Origin: Balanoglossus misakiensis
Lineage: Eukaryota; Animalia; Hemichordata
NCBI GenBank assembly: GCA_040954595.2
Contig: CM082581.2
Coordinates: 2,348,699-2,412,698 of the forward strand
DNA length: 64,000 nucleotides
Direction: 5' to 3'
In this document: piece by piece, positions 27,101-38,417 of the stretch
Numbering within the stretch: the first letter of the stretch is position 1
Layout of the letters: every line of letters starts with the position of its first letter
Notes under the pieces: model-generated
The model's database searches: none
What the model saw: only the letters and a program-made list of their open reading frames with translations
What the model was told of the DNA's origin: nothing
Position numbers and translations under genes: made by a program

Positions 27101-30100
27101 CCTAATTACAGATGAACCGATAGACCTAGAGATTTTGTTTTTGTTATACATGGACCAGTATGGGGTCAAAATATTTTGCCCAAATGTTGGGTGACCTCGG
27201 GTGACCTTTGACCTACTTTTGCATATCTCGACATCCACAGCAGATACAGCCTTGGCATTTGGAGGTATGGGGCCATAATGAAAAGCCAAAGTTTTGGGTC
27301 ACCTGTGACACCTGCTTTACTCATTATTTATGTGCATACCTAATTCCGGGCTAACCAAAATGGCTAGAGGTCTGGTTTTTGTTGGACATGGACCACTATG
27401 GGTCAAAATGTTCTGCCCAAATTGTGGATGACCCCTGGGTGACCTTTGATGTTTCTACTCATTAATTATGTGCATATCTAATAATCAGATCAGATAATAG
27501 AGCTTGGGCCCGGACAATGCTGCTTGCAGCTTTAATCTTTCTTTCTTTCTTTCTTTATTCTTGGTTCATTTCTTTCGCGCTCTAGATCTCAGACACCGCT
27601 GCAGGTACAGTTCTCAAACTTGCTACAGTGGTCAAGGTCAATGAGTAGATGTGCAGTGACTTGTGAATACTTAATTAGTCACGTGACATGGCGGCCATAT
27701 TGGATTTTCTGAAAAAATGCAAATCTCAGATCTCAGAAACTACAAGTCAGATCGACTTCAGATTTGGCGTGCTGGTAGTATACCCTCTGCCCATCATTTT
27801 TGTAATTGGATATTTTGCTGTCAATGTTGCAGTTTTTTTGCTACAGTTGTTTTTCTGAAATCTGGTCAAAATTTCAAAAATCTTCTTCTCCAGAACCGGC
27901 GATAAACGAGTCACGCCGTTTGGGGTATGTGGTCACCTAACTGATGTCTATCAAGTTTGCGAAGATCATTGTGATTGGTCGAAGATTATGGCGGCCATAT
28001 TGGATTTTCGAAAAACCATAGTAAAACTTCAAAAATCTTCTTCTCCAGAACGGGTGATAACCGAGTCACAAGATTTGGTGTGTGTGGTCATTAAACGGAT
28101 GTCTATCAAGTTTGCGAAGGGGAATGTGATTGGTCGAAGATTATGGCGGCCATATTGGATTTTGTGAAAAACGATTAAAAAGTAAAAATTCCTTTTCTAG
28201 CCTAAAAATTGATAGCACAGAAATTCTTTTTATGGATATGAATCATCATATGACAAGAATAACCTATAAATATTTTGGTAATTTTGGCAATGACCTTTGA
28301 CCTACTTTTGACGAATCGTTTTTCTGCATATCTAATTCCAGGCTAACCAATAGGGCTATAAGTTTGGTTTTTGATGTATGTGGATTTGTATGTGATCAAA
28401 ACATTTTGCTACTTTTCATGACCCCTTTGACCTCTGGTGACCTCATTAAATATGCGCATACCTAATTAATGATGAACCAATAGACCTAGAGGTTTTGTTT
28501 TTGTTATACATGGACCAGTATGGGGTCAAAATATTTTGCCCAAATGTTGGGTGACCTCGGGTGACCTTTGACCTACTTAACACTATATTAGCATCAGATC
28601 AGATAATAGAGCTTGGGCCCGGACAATGCTGCTTGCAGCTTTAATTACGGGCCCAAGCCAAGCCAGGCTTGGGCCCGTATTGGTTTCGTTGGAATTTTTA
28701 GGGCCCAAGCGCAAGCCAGCGCTTGGGCCCTATTGGTTTCGTTGGGGTTTTTCTGTCTTTCTTTCTTTCTTTCTTCTTTCTTTCTTTATTCTTATGTCAA
28801 TTCTTTGTCGCTCTAGATCTCAGACACCACTGCAGGTACAGTTTTCAAACTTGCTACAGTGATCAAGGTCAATGAGTAGTCGTGCATTGAACTCATGAAT
28901 TTTTAATTAGTCACGTGACCTGGCGGCCATATTGGATTTTCTGAAAAAATGCAAATCTCAGATCTCAGAAACTACAAGTCAGATCGACTTCAAATTTGGC
29001 GTGCAGGTAGACTACCTTCTGTCAATCATTTTTGTAATTGGAAATTATGCTGGCAAAGTTGCAGTTTTTTTGCTACAATTTTTTTTCTGAAATCTGGCTT
29101 AAATTTCAAAAATCTTCTTCTCCAGAACCGGCCATAACCGAGATACGGGGTTTCGGGTATGTGGTCACCTAACTGATGTCTATCAAGTTTGCGAAGATCA
29201 TTGTGATTGGTCGAAGATTATGGCGGCCATATTGGATTTTCGAAAAACGCTAGTAAAATTTCAAAAATCTTCTTCTCAAGAACCGGCGATAACTGAGTCA
29301 CAACATTTGGTGTGTGTGGTCATTAAACAGATGTCTATCAAGTTTGTGAAGGGGAATGTGATTGGTCGAAGATTATGGCGGCCATATTGGATTTTGTGAA
29401 AAACGATTAAAAAGTAAAAATTCCCTTTCTAGCCTAAAAATTGATAGCACAGAAATTCTTTTTATGGATATGAATCATCATATGCCAAGAATAAGCTATA
29501 AATATTTTGGTAATTTTGGCAATGACCTTTGACCTACTTTTGACGCATCATTTTTCTGCATATCTAATTCCAGGCTAACCAATAGGGCTATAAGTTTGGT
29601 TTTTGATGTATGTGGATTTGTATGCAATCAAAAAATTTCGCTACTTTTCATGACCCTTTTGACCTCTGCTGACCTCATTAAATATGCGCATACCTAATTA
29701 CAGATGAACCAATAGACCTAGAGGTTTGGTTTTTGTTGGACATGAACCAGTATTGGGTCAAATTTTTTTGCCCAAATGTTGGGTGACCTCGGATGACCTT
29801 TGACCTACTTTTGCATATCTCGACATCCACAGCAGATACAGCCTTGGCGTTTGGAGGTATTGGGCCATAATGAAAAGCCAAAGTTTTGGGTCACCTGTGA
29901 CACCTGCTTAACTCATTATTTATGTGCATACCTAATTCCGGGCTAACCAAAAGGGATAGAGGTCTGGTTTTTGTTGGACATGGACCACTATGGGTCAAAA
30001 TTTTCTGCCCAAATTGTGGGTGACCTCTGGGTGATCTTTGACCTACTTAACACTATATCAACACCAAACATAGATATAACCTTGATATTTCGTGGGATAA

Positions 30101-33046
30101 AACACAGCATTATGTTTCTACTCATTAATTGTGTGCATATCTAATAATCTGATCAGATAATAGAGCTTGGGCCCGGACAATGCTGCTTGCAGCTTTAATT
30201 CTTTCTTTATTCTTATGTCAATCTTTGCTCTCCTAGATCTCTGAAACGGCTACAGGTACACTTCTCAAACTTGCTACAGTGGTCAAGGTCAATGAGTAGA
30301 TGTGCAGTGGCTTGTGAATATTTAATTAGTCACGTGACCTGGCGGCCATATTGGATTTTCTGAAAATCTTTAAATGGCTTCCTCTCAAAAACCACAGGGC
30401 CAATCAAGTTCAAATTTGGTGTATGGTACACATGTCCTCTGCCCTTTAAAGTTTGACAATAAAATCCTGAGCGGTCACATGACTTTGGCCGCCATATTGG
30501 ATTTTCCAAAAAGTACAGTAAAATCTTCAAAAATCTTCTTCTCCAGAACCGGCAATAACCGAGTCATGGGATTTAGGGTATGACATCACCTAACTGATGT
30601 CTATCAAGTTTGCGAAGAGCGTTGTGATTGGTCGAAGATTATGGCGGCCATATTGGATTTTGTAAAAACCAGTGAAAATTAAGAAATCATTTTTCTAGTC
30701 TAAAAATAGATAGCATACAAATTCTTTTTGTGGATATGAGTCGTCATATGACTAGAATATGTTGCAAATTTTTTGGCAATTTTCACATGACCTTTGACCT
30801 ACTTTTTTAAGAACATGCATATATGCATATATAGCTCATACTACATGTTCTAAATGTACCAGAGTTCTGATTTTTGTGCACATTGGTATCACCCCTGCCA
30901 GGACCTACCCCAAATATTTTGGTAATTTTGGCAATGACCTTTGACCTACTTTTGACACATCGTTTTTTCTGCATATCTAATTCCAGGCTAACCTATAGGG
31001 CTATCATTTTGGTTTTTGATGTATGTGGATTTGTATGTGATCAAAAAATTTCGCTACTTTTCATGACCCCTTTGACCTCTGCTGACCTCATTAAATATGT
31101 GCATACCTAATTACAGATGAACCAATAGACCTAGAGGTTTGGTTTCTGTTGGACATGGACCAGTATTGGGTCAAAAATTTTTGCCCAAATGTTGGGTGAC
31201 CTCGGGTGACCTTTGACCTACTTTTACATATCTCGACATCCACAGCAGATACAGCCTTGGCGTTTGGAGGTATGGGGCCATAATGAAAAGTCAAAGTTTT
31301 GGGTCACCTGTGACACCTGCTTAACTCATTATTTATGTGCATACCTAATTCCGGGCTAACCAAAAGGGCTAGAGGTCTGGTTTTTGTTGGACATGGACCA
31401 CTATGGGTCAAAATTTTCTGCCCAAATTTTGGGTGACCTCAGATGACCTTTGACCTACTTAACACTATATCAGCACCAAACATAGATATAACCTTGATAT
31501 TTCATGGGATAAAACACAGCATTATGTTTCTACTCATTAATCATGTGCATATCTAATAATCTGATCAGATAATAGAGCTTGGGCCCGGACAATGCTGCTT
31601 GCAGCTTTAATTCTTTCTTGCTTTCTTTCTTTCTTTCTTTATTCTTGTGTCAATTCTTCGGCCAACTAAATCTCTGAAACTTCTGCAGGTACACTGCTCA
31701 AACTTGCTACAGTGGTCAAGGTCTATGAGTAGATGTGCAGTGACTTGTGAATACTTAATTAGTCACGTGACCTGGCGGCCATATTGGATTTTCTGAAAAA
31801 ATTCAAATCTCAGATCTCAGAAACTACAAGTCAGATCGACTTCAAATTTGGCATGCAGGTAGACTACCTTCTACCCATCATTTTTGTAATTGGAAATTTT
31901 GCTACAGTGTTGCAGTTTTTTGCTACAATTTTTTTTCTGAAATCTGGCTTAAATTTCAAAAATCTTCTTCTCCAGAACCGGTGATAACCGAGACACGGGG
32001 TTTGGGGTATGTGGTCACCTAACTGATGTCTATCAAGTTTGCGAAGATCATTGTGATTGGTCGAAGATTATGGCGGCCATATTGGATTTTCGAAAAACCA
32101 TAGTTAAACTCCAAAAATCTTCTTCTCCAGAACGGGCGATGACTGAGTCGCAAGATTCGGGGAGTATGGTCACTACACTGATGTCTATCAAGTTTGCAAA
32201 GAACATTGTGATTGGTCGAAGATTATGGCGGCCATATTGGATTTTGTAAAAAGCAGTGAAAAATTGAAATTCCTTTTTCTAGTCTAAAAATTGATAGCAT
32301 ACAAATTCTTTTCATGGATATCAATCGTCATGTGACTAAAATATGTTACAATTTTTTGGCGATTTTTCACATGACCTTTGACCTACTTATCACACGTTAT
32401 TATTTCTGCATATCTAATTCCAGGCTAACCTATAGGGCTAGACGTTTGGTTTTTGATGAATGTGGATTAGTGTGTGACCAAAATATTTTGCTACTTTTCA
32501 TGACCCCTTTGACCTCTGCTGACCTCATTAATTATGTGCATAGCTAATTACAGGCGAACCAATAGAGCTAGAGGTTTGGTTTTTGTTGGACATGGACCAG
32601 TATGGGATCAAAATTTTTTGCCCAAATGTTGGGTGACCTCTGGTGACCTTTGACCTACTTTCGCATTTCTCAGCATCCAGAGCAGATACTGCCATGGCAT
32701 TTGACAGGATGGGACCAAAATTTAAAGCCACATTTTTGGGTCACCTGTGACACCTGCTGACCTCATTAAATATGCACATAGCTAATTACAGGCGAACCAA
32801 TAGAGCTAGAGTTTTGGTTTTTGTTGGACAAGGACCAGTATGGGTCAAAAAAAAATTCCCAAATGTTGGGTGACCTCAGGTGACCTTTGACCTACTTCAC
32901 CCTATTTCAGCAGCAAAAATACACACATCCTTGATATGTCATGAGATAATACATCCGATAGAAAATTCTGTTTCTTCTCATTCATACTGTGCATATATAA
33001 TTCAAGATCAGCGCTTGGGCCCGACAATGCTGCTCGCAGCTTTAAT
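17884..33046 (+). mobile_element. Nested stack of 9-10 Helentron-associated non-autonomous elements (HINE/DINE-1-like)
   Basis: 5' stem-loop GGGCCCAAGC..GCTTGGGCCC, then TATTGGTTTCGTTGG, a (TTTC)n microsatellite, internal ~120 bp and ~240 bp tandem repeats, 3' subTIR GCTTGGGCCC and terminal hairpin GCTGCT[T/C]GCAGC-TTTAAT. Insertion at T|T without TSD. Confidence 0.85.
23916..26122 (+). repeat. Near-identical tandem pair of HINE bodies, period 1109 bp
   Basis: Identical ORFs at 24230 and 25339. The copies differ in TTTC tract length and at least one base (ctctggtgac vs ctctgctgac). Confidence 0.9.
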
Positions 33047-35559
33047 TAAAAATGTTTTTGTGTTAAAAGGTTACTGAAATTTTGCGAGATTATTGTCAAT
33101 TGAATGTTTGCATTCTGAGTTTACCTCAGTACAGAAATTACCTGTTCTGTAGCAATATATGGCATTTCACATTATATTGAGTTACATTTCATACAGTGAA
33201 ATTCAATATTTATTGATTCAATGTTTACTCAATGATATTTCCTGTGTTCACTCAATAGTCTGTGTCCAAGTATGCATAGACAGTTTTAGTGCATCATATA
33301 AATACTATTCATTGAATGAGGATTGTGAATGTCACCAAATGCTGGTATGATCCCTTGTGTGTGAGTCTGTGCTCACAATGTTGTATTCTTTCAGGCAAAG
33401 TATGTGAATACTGTGCTCAAGGAGGATTTGACCCTGACCTTCAAAGAATCCCTTGCCCAATGCCAGACAAACACAGGCTACCAGACTTTCACTATTTGGA
33501 TCCGTGCGCTACACCATTAATAACAGATGATGATAATGTCAGAGAAATTGATGATTTTCATCCAAGGGTACAGCTTAAACGGCAATTTGCAGCAGGTATG
33601 TTAGGTTCAAAATACACCTGTGACCATAGTTTATCAATGTGTTTTCTTATACTTGACTGAATAGTGCAAAAGCCATATCAGGTTGGCCATCTTGTCAGGC
33701 TAATTTCTATGCATGCATTATTTTAGAGTTAAATTAACCTATGTTATTGCCTTATTTTCTATATTTTATTGAGTCAGGAGAAATTTTCAAATGACAAGAA
33801 TGAGAAAGTGAAAGAGTTCTCAGAAAGGTTCATAGTGAAGGAGCCGCTTGTACGGAGATACATAGAGCATCTCCAACATCTGAAGGAAATGCAAGAAAAA
33901 CGAAAGAATCAAAACATACAACAGACAAGAGAAGAGCTTCAGAAGGACTATGTAGATATTGACTGGCTAAATCTGTATGAAAGTGGCCAAATACAAAAGC
34001 AGAAAGTGACTGTGCTGGACAAGTACATTGTAGCAAAAAATCTAGGAGACATCAAAAGAATGAAAAAAAAATGGAGAAAGTAAGACTCATTAATGCAAGT
34101 ATAGCACAGGTTTTCTTGCAAGGGGACAAAACTAGTGTGACAAGAGATGAAGAGCCAGCTGATGAAGAGTCAGATGGAGAGGATGACTCGGAGACGCATG
34201 ATGGTACTGATTCTGATATTGACACAGAAGATGATATGGTGCTCGCTGAAATTGGAGAATCCTCAGACAGTGACACAGAACAACCTGAACAACCTGTGCT
34301 GCTTAGTCGTTATGGAAGGAGGACAACAGCCTACTGGAGAAGACAGTTTTTTTGGGATTGAAGACTGTAAATAATTTCTTAAGGGAAGGGGAGCACAGTA
34401 CGATATTTTACCCACAATTCTCCATGATTTGTATCATCGAGGTTGTCCATTTAATAACTTTTTCTGTTTTAGATACTAACAATGATATGAAGTACATATA
34501 ACTATTTATCTAGGAAAAGTACGTTGAAGAACGAGAGTGGAAATTTCAAAATCAATATTTAAAAGCCATAGGAATCAAAGTATTCATGTATTGCAAATGT
34601 CACACTTTGGAGGAAACAAGCAAATAACTAACTGAGGTGTATTTAATAGTGGTCTACAATTTTCTGTACACATGTGAACATTGCCTGGTTTGACTGAGTA
34701 ATCTCTGATTGTACAAATCAGAATGAATCATCAGATATTGTGGGGAGGGTCACTTGATTTTGTTCATGGAGAAGGGGGAGGGTCAGCATTTTTTGTGCAA
34801 GAAATCGGTGGAGGGTCAGTATTTTTCATGCATGCAGATTTTGAATCCACCGGCCTCCCCCCCCCCCCTGTTAATTCTGACCAGGCCCTAACCATTTTAA
34901 AAATGAAAACAAAAATACCATTTAATACACTTTGAATGTTTATTATAAATTTCATAAAATTGCTTCAAGACATTGCCAATAAATCAAGTTATCACTATAT
35001 ACACTGTACTCACTTCTTGTCCTGTCTACCCTATCTTTCATCTTCTCACTTGAAAACTTTCCTAAACTGCTAAAATATCCAGATTGCATTTGTAGATGCA
35101 TGGGAATGATCGAGTCCAAATTAACTGCATTTTACGCGCTGAAAAAACAGCTGATCACTGGAAAGCAGGTCATGCAGCGCAGACGCTCTATGGACCGCAA
35201 GATTACTCTGAAGGGTCGTCCATGTTTCTACTTTCGAATATTAGACATGATTTTCTTTCAAAGCTAATATCTGAGTCTACTGGTCGTATACACACACTAT
35301 GAATAAAACACAACAGTGTTTTGAAATCTACAAAGACAGTTCAATGATAAAAACTCTCAGTGTTAAATTCCCAATTGAACCCCTCTAAATTAATGGTATA
35401 GCCCTTACGAGGGCTGATATCACTAGGTGATACGGTCGACGTCAACTCACAACTCAATCATATCAGTATGATTACGCCAATAAAACGAATGGGAAATTAT
35501 AGATTTATATCGTTTTTGCTGCTTATTTCGGCGATTCCAAACGCAAACAGTCAAAGCAT

Positions 35560-35880
35560 GTATGATAAAGGGGTTATTACACGGATTTTGGTCGATAACG
35601 CGTCGTATTCAAGTGATGTCCGTATTTTGCCGAGTTGCGCTTCGTAAAACGAGTCAAAATACGGACATCACGAGAATAACCCCTAATTATATTATATATT
35701 TATATATATATTATATTATATTATATCATGCTACCGTCCGCGATTCTGATTGGACGAGAGCTATGGTAAAATACTGTTTTACCACTCCTGGCAGTGGTAA
35801 AACGGGCCCCTGAACTAGCAAGCAGCAGGGAAAATGTGCGGTTAAAGGGACAAAGTCTCTGTGTCGCTGCCCTTTTTCCA
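35560..35880. mobile_element. Crypton-like terminal sequences: nested inverted repeats, TA-rich tract, then an ATTCTGATTGG-containing start
   Basis: 17 bp arms gtgatgtccgtattttg / caaaatacggacatcac (35613-35671) inside aggggttatt / aataacccct. Lies about 1 kb downstream of the Crypton YR gene once the Zator is excised. Confidence 0.45.
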
Positions 35881-35934
35881 TTAATTATATTTGATACAAG
35901 ACACCATTTATATTATTCTACATGTGGATATATA

Positions 35935-38350
35935 GTGATTCAGCGTTCAACGTTGAGTATTCTTTCCACCACGGTCAAATTTGGTTTCTTTCTCAACAAA
36001 CTGTACAATCTCCAATATTATACCAGGATCCTGAAAAAATACAAGATCAAGTGATTCGTAAATACTCTGACAAGGTAATTTGGCATAATTTTGTATCTGG
36101 ACAACATTGTACATAATACAAAATGTTTTTAAAAAATCACACTATGTTTGCTTCAACAAGCCTAATAATGATATCACCACCAGGATTTGATGCATCTCAA
36201 TGCTGGATTACATTATACGGTATGTAAGATACTGTTTTATTGGCCACTTTGTACAGTTCTTGTGCATTTTACATTTCCATTTATTGACCTGTTTACAAAG
36301 GTCAGTATGGGAAAGTCCCTTGACTGTCCACTATAGAAAGGATTGACTGTACATGTTATAGAGTTGACAGGGTTCAGGAAACAATGTCCATCAACCAATA
36401 AAGCACCCTACTCTTGTGGTTGATGCTGCTACAAAATCCGAAATCATCAGTACCACCAATTAATATGTTACTTACATCTGTGCTGTTTCCTTCATCCACA
36501 GTTTTCCCTGTCATGACCATACTTGTTGCAATTACTTTCTTCATTTGTTCAGATATTTCTTTTAACCTTTCATTACCAAATCTGACAGCAAATTCAAATA
36601 ACACCTGTTGGATGGGGGGAAAGACGTTACAAACAGTGACACAGTGGGTGTATGGTCGATAAAAGTCTCAATATTAGGAGGATACTGGGTGAATGTACAT
36701 CATCATCTGAATTTAACTTACAAAAACACCATCAGTGAAACAGGGAAACTCTTCCACGACATCCTTCAACAGACTCTTGTCATTCTTCTTTAGTATTTCA
36801 TCTCTGTACTTGACTGTCTCCCTCAATAAAGCCTTGATATTGGCTGTGTTTCTACTGTTCTTGCTCTTAGACCACTCCTCTCTTAATTCTGTGACAAGTG
36901 CCTTGATGTCCTCCTCTGATTTCTCAGCTGATGGAGCTGCTACGGCTGACTTGAATCTCGTGCCTGGTGTGGCTTTTGGGGTATCCGGACGCCTTGGTTG
37001 CTTACTCTTGACTTTCAAACTGTGACGTATGTGCCTTATCTTCTGTGATACTGCTTTTGAGAAGAAGGACTAGAGAAAAAATCACTGAAATTAGAGTTTG
37101 ACCATTTGTAAATTAATTGGTTAATGGGGAGAAGGCTACCTTTACATGAAATTGTTAAGTCTAAGTTTCTGTTGTTTCAAGAAGTAGCAAATATAGACAA
37201 AGTAAAATCATAATAGATTGGTGATTATGAACCACTGATGGTATATCTTACCAAGGGATGGTTTCCTGACTCCATCCTTATGCATGGCCAAGCAAGATAC
37301 ATTTTTTCACCCAATTTTCTATAGTGACTGGTTTCTCCAATCTCAGGGCATCTTGAATAATAATACTCAGCTGTTTCTGCAATTAACTTGTTCCATACCA
37401 ACTCAATGTTCTTCTCCCTCAAATGTTGTATGACTAATGGTGAAAATGCTGGCAGGCTACTATCGAGGATAGTTTGAAGAACATCTCCTGTCAAGATTCA
37501 AACAAACAGATAAAGAGGAACACTTACTGAAAAAATATTGCAAATTAATACATGTACATGTACATGATTTCTAAGGAAATACAGATTGACAATTTGACAT
37601 ATTGAACAATATGCACAGCGTAGCTATTTACTTACCTGTATGCTGAAATGTTGGACTAGCACACTGGCTGTGTGTTCCACTTGGTTCTCCGACTTCAGCA
37701 TCTTCCGCAGGAGGTTTGGTGGGTGTCATCTTTAAGTGGCCAGTTCTGTCTGCATCGCCTGATGGTGATGTCATGCTTTCACTTGGATGTGAGATCTGTA
37801 TTGGTCTTGATTCATTCCTATCTCTTTCTACCCTAACTTCAGAATCTTTCAGGAAAATCAAAATTTCCCCTGCCATTTCTACCAGTATATCATCTTCTTT
37901 AATTTCTGTACCGTCTGCTTCTGTAACGATTCTTACATTTCCAGTTAAATCCAACTTTTCACATCCTGCAAATAATGCAAAAATAAGTAATAGGGTGACG
38001 TGTGACTTAAGAAAGATCAGATGTCCTGGTTCAGAAATAGGGGTGACTTTCATGTTCAATTACGTTAAAAGTGATGTCTTAACTGTCACGATGAAAAATC
38101 AAACAAAACATGTCCATGCAATGATGCATATCATTGAAATATGTGTTTAGTATGCCAGGCATGGAAAGAACAAAAAAATGTTTCTATTATTTCACAATTA
38201 TTTTTCAAGGAATGAGAGTACAGATAAAACCTAAACATTTTACACATATTACTGTTTTGAACTTACCTTTTTTATCAGATCTTCCAGTGTTTTTGCAGCA
38301 ACGCACTTCTTAATGCTTCTGTCAGCATTCCAGACTATGTAAACAGGCAT
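35935..38350 (-). CDS. Spliced EnSpm second gene with N-terminal CIDE-N domain, 3' truncated
   Basis: Exon 38350-38267 joins exon 37965-37637 to give MPVYIVWNADRSIKKCVAAKTLEDLIKK|GCEKLDLTGNVRIVTEADGTEIKEDDIL. Further exons near 37490-37252, 37069-36722, 36605-36390 and 36029-35935. Confidence 0.65.
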
Positions 38351-38417
38351 GTTAATAAACTGTTAATAATGTTTTTGATGCCAAATGTCCTTCAAATTTA
38401 GTAGAAATAATTTGGAG

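Larger units (their letters stand above)
13328..34361 (+). pseudogene. Multi-exon Zator-like DDE transposase with in-frame stops
   Basis: Long first exon to ~14750 (ISMDDKAYLRPG). Further GT-AG exons at about 14927-15079 (QHDF, one stop), 15288-15396, 15520-15626, 16162-16383, 16555-16829, 17153-17380, 17622-17812, 33395-33595 and 33777-34361. The HINE stack sits in one intron. Confidence 0.8.
11342..34888 (+). mobile_element. Zator-like DNA transposon (~8.4 kb once the nested HINE stack is removed)
   Basis: TIR GGGCCTGGTCAGAATTAACAGGGGGG at both ends; TAA TSD at 11339-11341 and 34889-34891; subterminal GGGAGGGTCA repeats; transposase motifs DDKA, HDF, DAGPG, APGDSGQNEAER. Confidence 0.85.

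Noticed and set aside
17800-33077. Dozens of 60-146 aa ORFs with recurring peptides (MQISDLRNYKS, MAFHYGPIPP and similar)
   Set aside because: They are translations of non-coding HINE repeats, broken at different positions in different copies.
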